A stretch of DNA of 64,000 nucleotides from Eledone cirrhosa (GCA_964016885.1 OZ024742.1:37076001-37140000); one strand, 5' to 3'; shown: positions 28,040 through 41,307, counted from the stretch's first letter. Numbers and translations are program-made. The notes: a model not told the origin generated them from the letters alone.

Positions 28040-29790
28040 TTAGGCAGTAGACATAATTAGGTAGTAGACCTAATTAGGTAGTAGACCTAATAAGGCAGTA
28101 GACATAATTAGGTAGTAGACCTGATTAGGTAGTAGACCTAATAAGGCAGTAGACCTAATTAGGTACTAGACCTAATAAGGCAGTAGACCTAATAAGGCAG
28201 TAGACCTAATAAGGCAGTAGACATAATTAGGTAGTAGACCTAATTAGGTACTAGACATAATAAGGCAGTAGACCTAATTAGGTACTAGACATAATAAGGC
28301 AGTAGACCTAATTAGGCAGTAGACCTAATTAGGTACTAGACATAATAAGGCAGTAGACCTAATTAGGCAGTAGACCTAATTAGGTAGTAGACCAAATTAA
28401 GTACTAGACCTAATAAGGCAGTAGACCTAATTAGGCAGTAGACCTAATTAGGTACTAGACATAATAAGGCAGTAGACCTAATAAAGCAGTAGACATAATA
28501 AGGCAGTAGACCTAATTAAGCAGTAGATATAATTAGGTACTAGACATAATAAGACAGTAGACCTAATTAGGTACTAGACATAAGGCAGTAGACATAATAA
28601 CGCAGTAGACCTAATTAAGCAGTAGATATAATTAGGTACTAGACATAATAAGGCAGTAGACCTAATTAGGTACTAGACATAAGGCAGTAGACATAATTAC
28701 GCAGTAGACCTAATTAGGCAGTAGACCTAATTAGGTAGTAGACCTAATAAAGCAGTAGACCTAATTAGGTACTAGACCTAATAAGGCAGTAGACCTAATA
28801 AGGCAGTAGACCTAATTAGGTACTAGACCTAATAAGGCAGTAGACCTAATTAGATACTAGACCTAATTAGGCAGTAGACCTAATAAGGTACTAGACATAA
28901 TAAGGCAGTAGACCTAATTAGGTACTAGACATAATAAGGCAGTAGACCTAATAAGGCAGTAGACCTAATTAGACAGTAGACCTAATTAGGTAGTAAACCT
29001 AATTAGGCAGTAGACCTAATTAGGTAGTAGACCTAATTAGGCAGTAGACCTAATTAGCTGTTATATTTAATTAGGTGGGAGAAATTGTTAAGTGGTAGAC
29101 ATAATTAGCTTTTGGACCCAATTAGCTGTTAGACTTAATTAGGTCGTATACTTAATTATCTGATATATTTAATTAGGTGGTGAATTTAATTAGAGGACAG
29201 ACATAATTAGCAGGTAGCCCTAATTTAACTGATAGACCTAATTAGGTAGTAGCACTATTAGGTAATAGAACTTATTAGGTGAAAGACTTAATTAACTGGT
29301 AGACTCAATTAGGTTGGCTTTAATTAGGTAGATGACACAATTAAGTGGTTGACCGAATTAAGTGGTAGACACTGGTAGTAGAGTTAATTATATGGTAGAT
29401 TTAATTAGGGGATAGAACTAATTAGCTGGTAGACTCAATTAAGAGGTAGATATAATTAGATGATATACTTAATTAGCTGGTAAACCTAATTAGCTGAGAG
29501 ATTCATATGGTCAACTTAATTAAGTGGTAGATTTAATCAGGTAGGGACTTAATTAATTGATATACTTAATTAACCAGTAGATGCATGTGATAGATTTAAT
29601 TAGGTGGTGCCTTAATTAGGTGGTAGACCTAATTCGGGGATGGTAAACCTAATTAGCAGTTTGACTTAATTAGCAGGTAGATGTAATTAGCAGGTAGACC
29701 TAATTAGCAGATATACCTAATTAGCAGGTAGACCTAATTAGCAGGTAGACCTAATTAGGTGGTAAACATAATTAGGTGGTAGACATAATT
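28040..29790. repeat. 17-bp minisatellite (GGCAGTAGACCTAATTA / GGTACTAGACATAATAA variants) with degenerate 3' half
   Basis: Homogeneous 17-bp period from ~28040 to 29060, containing the palindrome CCTAATTAGG. Decayed TAATTAG units continue to ~29790. Confidence 0.95.
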
Positions 29791-29859
29791 TTAATGGTAA
29801 AAAATTGAGTTTTAACAACTCATAAACATAATTGGAATTCTATAAGAATCCAGCTTTGA

Positions 29860-29959
29860 TAGCTTCAGTAAAGGCAGAGGGATATGTAGTCTTGATAACT
29901 ACTAAGAAGTGAGAAATGGTGGCATCGCCGATTACTTCCCCCTGCCTTTGCTGAAGTTA
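29860..29959. mobile_element. ~100-bp MITE-like inverted-repeat element
   Basis: TAGCTTCAGTAAAGGCAGAGGGA matches the reverse complement of TCCCCCTGCCTTTGCTGAAGTTA at 20/23 positions. TA at both ends is compatible with a Tc1/mariner-type target duplication. Confidence 0.6.
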
Positions 29960-29986
29960 GGTATGTGATGTTTGTCATTATCTTAA

Positions 29987-30138
29987 CCCTTTAGCATTTA
30001 CATTACTCAATATTTACTATTGTATTTTCGCGGTAAAAGCTTTACCTCACAAGTATCTCATATAATATCGAATCTACGAGATTTTGATGTTATTTATTTT
30101 GAGAACAATAGCTTAATATCGGTATTAATGCTAAAGGG
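29987..30138. mobile_element. piggyBac-type MITE
   Basis: TTAA|CCCTTTAGCATT ... AATGCTAAAGGG|TTAA: perfect 12-bp TIRs with CCC/GGG ends and a TTAA target-site duplication. Confidence 0.85.
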
Positions 30139-30283
30139 TTAAAATTCATGGCGAAAGGCCTTCACAATGTTTTTAAATAAACATACCGTATATTATTAAA
30201 TATACAATATGTACATTCATATGTATATTGCTATATCAGAGCACCAATGCAAATAATATTTTCTTATATTTTACCTATTCCAG

Positions 30284-30467
30284 TAACACATACATTAACT
30301 TCAATGAGAAAGCTTTGCATCGGATAAACTATGAGATTATCAAAATGAAGAACCAATTACTTTTAGGTCAGGATGAACTGAAAAGACTCGAAGATTTAAA
30401 CACGCATTATGAAATGTCAATCAAAATGCAACAGGAGAAAGTCGTTGCAAAGGAGAGAGCTTTAAAG
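30284..30467 (+). CDS. Coiled-coil protein gene, internal exon B (NTYINFNEKALHRINYEIIKMKNQLLLGQDELKRLEDLNTHYEMSIKMQQEKVVAKERALK)
   Basis: Polypyrimidine + ccAG acceptor, phase matches exon A, AAG|GTTAGC donor. Lies within ORF 30228..30476. Confidence 0.88.
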
Positions 30468-30839
30468 GTTAGCTAATCCCAATCATATTCTTTTATTCTT
30501 TTACTATGTATATATGGCTGACTGAATATGCACATGTGTATTTTCTTTTTTTTTTTAGTTCCTTCCTCTTCTCACTCTCTATCTTTCTATTTCATCTTTT
30601 ATTTCTCATTCTATCTTCTGATGAAAGACTAGTGTCTGAAACATTAAGACTCTTTTCCTATTATTTAACGTGCTAAACTAATATATTTCTTCATTGTACT
30701 GTATCATTTCCTTTGTTATTTCTGTTTACATTTTACATACATGTATATATATATCTACCACTGTAAATGTGGTTGGTGTTAGGAAGGGCATCCAGCTGTA
30801 AAAAACCTGTTTTCTTTCTTTTAAGTGTACTTTTCCTAG

Positions 30840-31570
30840 GCTGCAACCTTCAGTTTCTCTTCCCCTTGCTCCATCTCCTTGCATAATACTCATCTCCAGT
30901 ATGAGCAATCATTTGCAACCTCTTCCCATCTCTGGACATTCAAATCTATTGATTTCATATCCCTCTTGTAGATATTTTTGAAACAAAGATGAGGTCATCC
31001 TCCTGCTTTTTTGCCAGTGGCCAGTTCCTCATACAGTAGGCCTTTTGGAATCCTCTCATTGACATACAATGTATGTTGTCTAGCCAGTTCAGATGGTGTT
31101 GTTTGAGCAGAGAGAAAAGGCTGGGTACTTTGGTGTTAGTGACTCAATTGGTCCACTTAATATCCAGAATTCATATCAGGCTACGAAGGTGGAAGGCATT
31201 GAGATGCGACTCCTGTCTGTAGTAAAAGCTCCATGACTTGCTGCCATAAAGTAGCGTGCTGAGGATGCACGGCCTGTAGACTGCAATCTTGGTGTTCGTG
31301 GTCACTTTTCTGTTTTCCCAGACTCTCTTGGTCAGCCTGGCAAATGTGGAGGCTGCTCATCCAACTCACCTGCTGCACTTGGAGCCCAGGTAGAGATTGT
31401 TCATGATGGTGGAGCTGAGGCAGATGAATTCATAAACTACCTTCAGTTCATAGTTGTTGATGGTGATAGTAGGGAGGTGCTTGATGCCTTGGTCTAGTAC
31501 GTTGGCCTTCTTCAGACTAATAGTCAAACTGAATTCCTAGCAGGCCCTTGAGAAGTTGTCCATAAAATGC
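30840..31570 (-). mobile_element. Decayed RTE-clade LINE, RT C-terminal region
   Basis: Minus-strand translation gives ...FARLTKRVWENRKVTTNTKIAVYRPCILSTLLYGSKSW...LNAFHLRSL, typical of RTE/BovB-like ORF ends. Contains stops and frameshifts. Confidence 0.75.
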
Positions 31571-31629
31571 TGCATTTGTTCTTTATTATTCATTATCAAT
31601 ACAGCATCTTTCTACTCATCATGATCCTT

Positions 31630-34450
31630 AATCATCTCTTTGAGCTTCAGTGGTTTGAGATTAGCTCTCATCATCTCTGCCCAGGTCTACCTTGGTCTTC
31701 TTCTATTGCAGCTTCCCTTCTACTGGGACTTCTTGACACTTCTTCACATAGTGATCACCATCCTTAAGCATCACATGTCCTCTTTCTTGCATATTACACC
31801 TTATTCCTCTTATACCCAGTTTTTCTCTCAGTTCATCCATGCTTCATCATTCATGTGTATTAACATTCACTGAAACATGCTTGCTTTATTTCTCTGCAGC
31901 TTTCACATATCCTCTACATTTACTGTCCATGTCTCACTATCATGCACCATTGCACATTGCACAACTGGCCTTTCATTCGTAGACAGATTGTTGTTATCAA
32001 CAAAGGTAGTAGCACCTTGAACTTTTTCTACCTTGTTCTTATTCTAGCTACTATCCTCTTGGAGCATCCTCTTCCACTGCTAATTAGATCACCTAGGTAA
32101 CACAAGCTATCAACAACTTCTATAAATCTTTCCTGGGATTGGAAGAGGTTTGTTTCACTGATGCTCTTACTACCAATTATCCGTGTGTATCTGCTACATA
32201 CAAAGTCCACCTTTTCTTTTAGTCTGCTTGCTGTCCCACTACATCAAGATTTACATTGTGTGCAATTGTATAAATGGCTGCCCACTCCATTTCTACAAAT
32301 GTAATCAGTGTCCTGTTTCTTTCCTACTTACTAAAACTGGTTTTTGTCAAGTTTATTCTTAGCCCTTTTGATTCTAATTTCTGTTTCCTCAGCTGGAATT
32401 TCTTCTAGTTCTTCCACAAATTCAGCTATAAAAACCAGATCATCAGTATACAGTATACAGAAGTTCCTATGGACAGCCTATAGCACAGAGATTATAATAA
32501 ACAAGATTGAGCCTTCATGCACTTATACCTGTACCATGAATTCCGTAACAAACTCATTTCCTACTCTTACTTTACTTATAGCTCTTCTGTACATGATGTG
32601 CACTGCTCTCACAAACCACTCTTTTACAATTAGTTTCCTTAAGGACTACCAGATGACAGATTGTGGTACACTGCCTTCTCTAGATCAATAAAAGCTAGAT
32701 ATAGAGGCTTACTCTTAGCTAGAAACTTCTATCTGTAGTATTTATCCCTGTCACAAGACCAAATTGCATCTCATCTAATTTGATACTTTAGTTTTGATAG
32801 AACTTTTTCTGTCATTTTCATAACTTGGTCCATCAGTTTTATACTTCTAATTCCTCCTTTCTAGAGCATCACTTTTTCAATTATAGCAATTAATGAGTAT
32901 GCTGGTCTAGTTTCTGGGTATGACCCTATCCTGTATTACCTGATTGACTATGGGTGTGACTAATTCAACTCCAACTTCCTCAGAAGATTTCAGTATCTCT
33001 GATGGTCAATTGACTTTATCATTTTTCATCTCCTTCATTGCTTCTTTGACACTAAAATTGTCAATTTTGATAGCTAGTCCTTCTGTTGGGTCAGTTGGGG
33101 GTAGTCCCTCTTCCTCCCACTCATTATCCACATTTTTCAAACCTCATAGTAGCATTTCCAGGCCTCTTTCGTTTTAGCTTCAGTAATGCTATGTGTATAA
33201 GTGTCATTTTGAACACATTTTTCCCCAACATCATCCTGATTCTTACTGACACACTGTTTTGCAATGTGGAACGCTTCACAGAACATTAGCAAACCTTCTG
33301 CTTTCAGCCTCTTTGCATGCTATGTATATTCGGCGTTTACTTTCTCTTTTAGCTATCTGGTATTAATCTTTGTCATCCCCATTTTTACAAATCTATCTCT
33401 TAGTTTTAATGACTCTATCCACAGTGCCGTTCCACCACCAAGTCACCCTCTGCCTAGCTACTGATTAGCTCCATCCACAAGTCTCTCCAGTAGCCTGTAC
33501 TAGGTTGTCATGTAGGAACTTCTAATTGTTCTCTATTTCATATATATCTAGCTCCTCCTTCTTCTCACCATATACATTACACAAGGCTTTCCTGGACCTA
33601 TATTAAACAGAATGGTCTTTTAGCTTCCATTCTCTGCTCCTTCAGATTTCCCATTTCTTTCTCTATCTTGTGCTTATTCTGATGTCTTTAATATCTGAGT
33701 TATGTTGGGCAGTACATTCTTCTTCAGGGAAGGATTTAACATTCATAACCATCTATCACCCCATTTGCTCACAAGTAACAAGTCAATCTGGCTTGTGTGT
33801 TCATCTGATTGGTAGGTGATCAGATGGCTGGTTTCCTGAAGTTAGTGTTGCAAATGGTTAATTCAATTGTATCAATGAATTTTAGGAGCCTTGTTTTCTC
33901 TTCATTTCCTGAGCAATAACCATATCCATTATGTACTCCAGTGTAATTCAACATGCCCTCTGAAGTTACCAAATGTCTCTGTCATGTGCAATTGAAGTTG
34001 TCTGTAGGAGTTACTTTTGTTCTTTATTTAGTTCTGCTTGTGATGCATAGGTAGAGATAATTGTTGTCATTTATGCCTTTGTAGTTGCTCCTTTCCAGAA
34101 CCTATAACTATTCTGAGCTTGATAATTCTGTCATTTACCCTAACTAATTCAAATACCTTATATATCCACTTCTCAGATAGTAGAATGCCTACTCCACCTA
34201 CCCTCTCATCTTGTCTCACCCAGAAAAGATTATTGTTTGCCTATGAGTAACTTAACAATTTCTCCTGATGTACCATTCAGAGAACCCACATTGAGAATGG
34301 TAGCCCTGAGATGTGTTACTTGGCAATAGTGATTAGTTCATCCTTTGGGAGTAGATGACTGTTTCTGAAAGGGAATATGGGTGAGTGATTGCTTGTTGAA
34401 AGTGGAAGGGTTCTCGCACATGGCTTGCTTATCATCCTACTACTGTGCAC
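31630..34450 (-). mobile_element. Long, heavily decayed LINE (APE endonuclease + RT; RTE-X-like)
   Basis: Minus-strand fragments such as EVVDSLCYLGDLISSGRGCS..IVARIR (ORF 32028..32210) and endonuclease-like motifs near 33750-34300. Many stops. Confidence 0.7.
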
Positions 34451-35053
34451 AGCACTAACCTGACTAGTATCATATTCACACACACACATATATCATCATC
34501 ATCGTTTTTATGTCAACTTGTCCATGTTCACATGGGTTGAATGACATGTCTTTTGTGGCAATGTTTTACAGTCAAATGCCCTTCCTGACACTAATCCTTT
34601 TTAGTTACTTTTTAGAACACAAGGCGGTAGTAGTGGTGCTGTTGTTATTACCACTGCTGCCGCTGCTGCTGCCAAGTTTCCAATCAATTATATCTTTATT
34701 GAAAAAGGCCTAGAGCAGGAATCCCTAAACGTTTTAGACCATTGGCCCCTTTCATGAAGTCCTTGAACTCCTCATCAACCCCAGGCATATAGTACAAAAA
34801 TAAATAAGTAAATAAATAAATCAGTTAAAGGAATATAATATAAATAGACAATAAAGACTAATTATATTCATATAAATCAAAGCCTGTATAAGCAAGTTGT
34901 ATTTTATTGTATTATTTTATATATTTTCATTTCTTATACAAATGTCAGGTTTGGGCCACCCAAGAGTTAAATTGATCCCTTGAAGGTCAATACTGACTTT
35001 TGGAGATATCCAGCCCAGAGAAAAATTCTAATAATTTTCCTTCTTGATATCAG

Positions 35054-35185
35054 GAACTGCTGCAGAGTATAATGAAAAAAATTGATGATGCAAACAACAC
35101 TTACAACATTTTGATACTTCAAGTTGAGGAATCTTCTTCAAATCTCGCAAATGTAAGAGAAGATTATGAGAAAGAGAAAGAAATG
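35054..35185 (+). CDS. Coiled-coil protein gene, internal exon C (ELLQSIMKKIDDANNTYNILILQVEESSSNLANVREDYEKEKEM)
   Basis: tatcAG acceptor after a pyrimidine tract, 132 nt open in phase 0, ATG|GTGAGT donor. Confidence 0.88.
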
Positions 35186-35239
35186 GTGAGTGTATTCTTC
35201 TGCTTGTTTTAGTTGATGGACTGTGACTCTGCTGGGACA

Positions 35240-35832
35240 CTGCCTTAATTTAGCTGATCCTATCAATACCAGTACATTTTTTTCCATAGCATCTAATATA
35301 AAGATGGGTTGGAAGAAGTTTAGGGAGCTGCTTCCTCTGTTGACAAAGAAGGGTTTCTCCCTACGAACGAAAGGCCAGTTATATGATGCATGTGTGAGAT
35401 GCGTGATGCTGCATGGTAGTGAGACATGGGCAGCAACTGCGGAGGATATGCGACGGCTGGAGAGAAATGAAGCAAGCATGCTCTGTTGGATGTGTAATGT
35501 CAATGTGCGTGAATGACCAAGCATATAAGAGGGATAAGGTGTAGTGTGTGGGAGAGAAGACTGCGTTGGTATGGACATGTGATGCATATGGAGGATGACC
35601 ACTGGGTAAAGAAGTGCCAAGAAATCACAATAGAAGGAAGATGCAGTAGAGGAAGACCACGAAAATCATGGGTGGAGGTGGTGAGAGCAGACCTCAGATC
35701 GCTGAGGCTCACGGAGGAGATGACAAAGGACCATAATGAATAGAGAGATGCTCTGCTGAATAGGACCCATCCCACCCTTGCAAGCAGGGAAAAGTGGACG
35801 TAAAATGGTGATGATGATGATGATGATGATGA
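35240..35832 (+). mobile_element. 5'-truncated LINE 3' end with (GAT)n tail
   Basis: GWKKFRELLPLLTKKGFSLRTKGQLYDACVRCVMLHGSETW and RLRWYGHV...RGRPRKSW (ORFs 35223..35516, 35513..35743), then a GATGATGAT tail. Confidence 0.85.
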
Positions 35833-35989
35833 CACAGCCATGTCATATATTTATTTGCTATGTCTGGAGGAAACCCTTCTGAGACTGATGAAATTGAGGC
35901 TGTTGATGTTCAGTTTAAATTGTTGCAGGTCAATTTCTGCAGGAAAATTATGTACAGGAAGAAAATTCAAGAGGGACGACATTCTGGAG

Positions 35990-36330
35990 AGTAGGGACTA
36001 GACATAGTAGTTAGTGTGGGTCCTAGGCTGTTGTACACAATGTTTGTGATGAGAGGAAGAGAGAGGAGTGAGACAAGAGCCCTGAGTGGAGGTGGCATGT
36101 GGTCAGCCAAATCTGTGGTGCAGAGACCATTGTAGTAGTGGTAGAAATGTAACAGCTACATTTAAGTGGAAGGTATGTATGGGAAAGATGGGGGGTTGCA
36201 GATGGAGAGGATGTGTGCTTGATCTAGGGAATAGTGTAAACATGGAAGGTGTGAAAAGATTGTGTTACATGGGATATGTGTTGAATGGAAAAGGTGGATC
36301 AGACTCAGCGACAGTGACTAGAGTGTGATG
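35990..36330 (+). mobile_element. LINE RT fragment
   Basis: ...MEGVKRLCYMGYVLNGKGGSDSATVTRV resembles the 'VxxFxYLG' region of RTE-type RTs. Confidence 0.5.
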
Positions 36331-36405
36331 TATGTGTGTAGGGGTGAAAGGCAGGTGAAGAGGATGTTGATGTCTTTACATTTTCTCCTATTATTTATTT
36401 TTCAG

Positions 36406-36498
36406 CTCCTTGAAAGGGAACAATTCTCAATTGCCGCCATAGCCTTTCTGGATGAAAAATCAGAAAAACTTAAAGCTATCAAATCTCAAAAGGAACAG
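36406..36498 (+). CDS. Coiled-coil protein gene, internal exon D (LLEREQFSIAAIAFLDEKSEKLKAIKSQKEQ)
   Basis: Strong ttatttttcAG acceptor, 93 nt in phase 0, CAG|GTAAAT donor. Confidence 0.88.
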
Positions 36499-38797
36499 GT
36501 AAATTTCATATTGAAACAATAGGTTGCTTTTTGGGGAAAGCAAGGATCAAATGGATTTTTTTAAAGGAAGAGTTAGCTGCTATTTCTAGCAATTCAAGCA
36601 GCTATATAGAAGATCTCACATTGGTGAAGTCACTATCTATGAGCTAATTTGTATTTGTTTTTTTGGTCAAATAGATCTTTTGGCGGGAGATTTGGCTACT
36701 ATACAAGTAGCAATATAGAGGCCCTCTCATTGGCTTAGTCACTATCAAAAACTTACTTACTTATACTTGTGTTGGTGTTCACCCAGAATGGGTTGAGTTG
36801 ACTTCAATCAGTGTATCCACTGCCTTTTGAACAGTGGTTGCCTATGCATGACAATCACTGATATCTGACACAGATATGGTCAGCCAGTAACGATTCCAAT
36901 GATAGACACCATATATAAAAAGACCAGATATTAGCTAAACATCTAACTTGATTGTGCCAATTCCCATCTTCAACTGTCCCCCTCGCCATTTGCACCTTCC
37001 TGGGAGGGTCTCAGGTATGACTGCATTACAGATGAATTCACCTTATGGGCAGAAGATGAAAAGAAAATGATTCATTGGATCCACGCAACTCCTGCTTTAC
37101 TAAAGAGGAACCTGTCTCTACTAATGAGAAACTGCAATCTGCAGAAGTATGTAACCTCTGTTAGTATTAGTTATTGAAAGGCCAAAATCACAGTTATCAA
37201 ACTGCACAAGGGTTCAAGCCCTTAATCTACAACCTGTTGTCGATACAAGCCAGGGATATCAATTACCCAGGATTTATGATGCTGCATCTTCAAACCCTGA
37301 TGGAAGAGATGTGGTCAATGACAGAGATCAACATGTTAAATCTATTCGATTGGAGAAAGCCAAATGACCTTTAAATACTGGTACTATAAACTTACGCAAC
37401 ATATAGCAGAAAAATAAACAAAATAAACAGCTCACAAAATTATTTAATGATGTCAACATGAACCTTTTAGCAGTATTTGATCACAAAATAGTGCACGAAC
37501 AAGAGATAAAATGCACTCAGTTGGAAAAGTGCCAACTAATTACAGCATCAGCATGGAAGAATGAGAGCAATGCCACATAAGTGGTGTGGGAATTATCCTT
37601 GACAAGGGAACTGAAATGGTACTTAGAAGTATCACGTGTCAATAACAGAATTATGACTGCAAGCTTTGGTGGGAATCCAGCTACCACAGCCATCATGCTC
37701 TATGCTCCAGTTGAAGGATCTCAGAATGCTGAGGAGCACTACAACAATCTTGCTATAATTTGTTCAGTCCCTGCTCACAACATGACAATCTTACTTGGTG
37801 ACTGTAATGTACACATTGGAACAAAAGATGGTTCTTTCACATTTCACGAACATACCAACAACAATGGCTACTTACTCTTGGACCTTGCATTGGAAACCAA
37901 TATGGTTATCTCAAGCACTCGGTTCCAGAAGAAAAAGGGCAAGCTCTGGACATTTGTCTCTGACAATTAAAAGTGGAAGAATTTTGTTTGAAATGTTGAA
38001 GATTACAACAGATTTGCAAGTCTTGACTCTGATTACAGGGTTTTGTCAGAACAAATTAAGCTCAGCTTACGTACTTGTGCATCACCAAGGAAGAAGCAGG
38101 CATATGATTGGAATACCCTGAAAAGCAATAGAGATCTACACTAACTGTATAGCGTCACAGTGAAAAATCGATTTGCTGCACTGCAAAGTGGATTGGAATC
38201 AATAACAGGCCTTTACCAACATTTAATTACAGCTACCAAAGAAGTGAAAGAACAAATGAAACCATCAAAGAATTGAGCTTGTTACAGCAAGGAAGAATGT
38301 GCAAAAAGCATTTAATTGCTTTCAAAAGAATGCCACTGAAGATCATAGGCTTGAATTGCAAACTGTCAAAGCTGCTCTTCAAAATGCCCATGACACAGTT
38401 GAGAAAGAGGAGCTAGACTGCATGGTTGATCAAGTTAAGATAGCAAATGCAAATTCAATGCTTAGAGAAAGCTAGAAACTGATTAATGAGATAAGTGGAA
38501 AGAGGACAGTGAAATCAGGAATCAACTAAGGAAACAGCAAGGAAGAGCATGTTCAAAAGTGGTATCAGCACTTCAACTAGTTGCTTGGAAAGTTTCCACT
38601 TGTTAATGAAGAGGATGATGAGGTTCAACATGTCTTCAACAATCTCACCTACAAAACTGGACCTTTTGACTTGAAAGAACTTCAAAGTGCCAAGAACAGA
38701 CTGAAGGAAGGAAAGGCTGCTGGCCCTGATGGAATCCCGCCTGCCTGAGGTTATAAAAAAATGCAATATGAACGACGTAGTACTGGATTTTGCAAAT

Positions 38798-39465
38798 CAT
38801 CATCATCAGTCCCTTGACTTCTGTAGTCGTCGGGGGGATCCTACTGCAGACGTAGTACACACTCAAAATAGTCTATCAACGGTGGCCGTCAACAAATCTG
38901 GTGTCATCATTTGCGTCCATTCTTTGACATTGTCCAACCAGTTTTTGTGTTGGCGTACCCTCCTGTGTACACCTTCAACAGTGTCTTCCATGATGGTCTT
39001 TCACAGGCTGTCATGTTGTGTGATGTGGCCAAACCACACCAGTTTTCTCCTCTTGACACTGGTGAGGAGAGGTTCCTTGTGACCCACAAAACTTTTAACC
39101 TTACTCTGCACATATTCATTAGTTTTACATTCCCAATAGGAAATACGAAGGAGTTTTCTCGTGAATTTGTCCTCAAATGCCTGGATCCTTCTCTCTGTGT
39201 CTGCCAAAAGTGTCCAGGTTTCACACCCAAGAGGAGGACGGAAACAACCAGCAATTTGTACAATCTGTACTTGGTCTGAAAACTGATGTTGCTCCTCCAT
39301 ATTCATGTCAATTTGGCCATCACTGCCATAGTTGCGGCAATCCACGTGTGGATTTCTGCAGTGCAGTACCATCTTTTGACAAAACTGAAACTGGACACTT
39401 CCTCCACTGAATGTCCGTTCATGGTGATGTTGACACAGGTGCTAATAGGCTCTTGCAAAACCAGG
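38798..39465 (-). mobile_element. Nested RTE LINE 3' fragment
   Basis: YKLLVVSVLLLG / CETWTLLADTERRIQAFEDKFTRKLLRISY...RRKLVWFGHI (ORFs 38907..39263, 39001..39372). (CAT)n at 38798 is its tail on the - strand. Confidence 0.8.
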
Positions 39466-39475
39466 AAAGTCCTAA

Positions 39476-39925
39476 TCATTATCATCATTTTACATCCGCT
39501 TTTCCCTGCTTGCAAGGGTGGGACGGGTCCTATTCAGCACAGCATCTCTCCATTCGTCATGGTCCTTTGTCATATCCTCCGTGAGCTTCAGCAATCTGAG
39601 GTCTGCTCTCACCACCTCTGCCCATGATTTTTGTGGTCTTCTTCTACTGCGTCTTCCTTCTACTGGGATTTCTTGGCACTTCTTTACCTAGCGATTATCC
39701 TGCCTGTGCATCACATGGCCATACCAATGCAGTCTTCTCTCCCACACACCACAGTTTCTCTCTCAACTTGTCTATGCTTGGTCATTCACGCACATTGACA
39801 TTGCACATGCAACTGAGCATGCTTGCTTCATTTCTCTCCAACCGTCGCATATTCTCCGCAGTTGCTGCCCATGTCTCACTATCAGGGATCATATAACCGG
39901 CCTTTCGTTCGTAGGGAGAAACCCT
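39476..39925 (-). mobile_element. Nested LINE 3' fragment, same family as 35240-35832 but inverted
   Basis: Reverse complement shares long stretches with 35350-35820 (GGGTTTCTCCCTACGAACGAAAGGCC, CCCACCCTTGCAAGCAGGGAAAAG, ATG tail). Confidence 0.85.
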
Positions 39926-41307
39926 ACTATTATATATGTAGTTTTCCCTACCTGTTAGTTTGCCTGCTATCCCATTACATCTCTTGTGTATCTAAGATCT
40001 GCATTGTGTACATTCTATAGAATTTATGCCAACTCCTTTCTACATATCGAACATGGCCATTTCCCTGATGGAATCAGAGTTTTGTCCTCTTTTCTACTTA
40101 TCAACACTTAAGCCTGAAAATGATTTGATACCAATACCAAAGTCAGGAAACCTTAGCAACGAAACCTACCACAGAGGAACAGTACTATCCAGCTTCTCAC
40201 TCAAGGTCATCTACAGAATGATTCTCAACAGGATTTAACCAGTACTCAATAGCAAACTGAGAACAAACAAAAATGGATTTAGACCTAGGTGATCAACAAC
40301 TTCATAGGTCTTAGTTCTGCAGTGCATCGTAGGTGTTAAATCAAGATAACTTCCTGCCATCACCACCTTTGTGGACTTCAGTAAATCTATCATAGCATTC
40401 ATTGTGGCAAGATCCACGAAGAACTAATTCTTGCCATTGCAAAGACTTATGAATGGACTAGAGTTTGTGTGCTGTCACCTGACAGAGAAATAGAATTCTT
40501 CTGAATTGTGGCTGGGGTGCCACAAGGAGGCATCTTTGTGCTGTACCTGTTTGCCTTTGTCTTGGATTATGCAATGCAACATGCTATAGACAACAGGCAT
40601 GGAAGCCTTGGTTGTAAGGAGAGGAATACACCTACATTGACAATCTGATCAAAGACACTGGCCTGGATTGCGTCCAGGACCACAAGGTGGTGATGTTAAA
40701 CCAAAACGTGTAGTGGAGGAACTTTGTCGCTGTGGTCTCGGTTGAAACCAGCTAAGAAGAAGAGTATGTGAGCAAACAATGGTTCTGTGACAAGAAGCTA
40801 TTTGTTTTGACATAGTTTATATTTATTTGAAAACCTTCCATCATAAGTTTATGTAAAAACCTTTGTTATGTTCTAAACAACAACTTAACATACCTATATG
40901 TATTTATCTTTTGTTAAATTATATACCATCTTAACTCTTTTGAGACAAAACTGCTTGAACCTGCTTCTTCTCCATCTCCACCCTGTTTCTACAGTATAAA
41001 ACTGTATATTATTAAATATATTTATCTAAAAATCTTCCATCATAATTTTATGTTAGAACTTTTGTTAAGCTATGTCCTAAACACCAGTTGAATAAGGGTA
41101 AAGTTTGTTATATTACCCTCTGAATTCTTGATTATATGGTGATGATGGTGGTGAGGAGGAGGAGGAGGAGATTCATAACAAAATAAGTTTGGACACCGCT
41201 GTTATAATGTATCCAGATCTGGCTGTTATTCCTAGCATGGTGACTGATCATATACAAACTCTCCCATTGACTTATGCAATGATTTGTTGTTGTTCAATAT
41301 TTTGCAG

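Larger units (their letters stand above)
37370..40763 (+). mobile_element. Decayed RTE-type LINE (APE endonuclease + RT) interrupted by nested insertions at ~38798-40100
   Basis: Endonuclease motifs RIMTASF, YAP, LLGDCNVHIG, NNNG..LL, STRFQKKKGKLWTF (ORF 37581..37970). KAAGPDGIP at ~38710-38740. RT resumes at ~40120 (LIPIPKSGNLS..YHRG). TYIDNLIKDTGL-like end and AAG tail at ~40760. Confidence 0.8.

Noticed and set aside
28040-29060. Shared GTAGAC core between the 17-bp array and the reverse complement of the 19-bp satellite
   Set aside because: A 6-7-bp match is too short to support common ancestry.
40820-41100. Local imperfect direct repeat (CTTCCATCATAA.TTTATGT...)
   Set aside because: Looks like two decayed fragments of a common MITE-type repeat; too degenerate to annotate.
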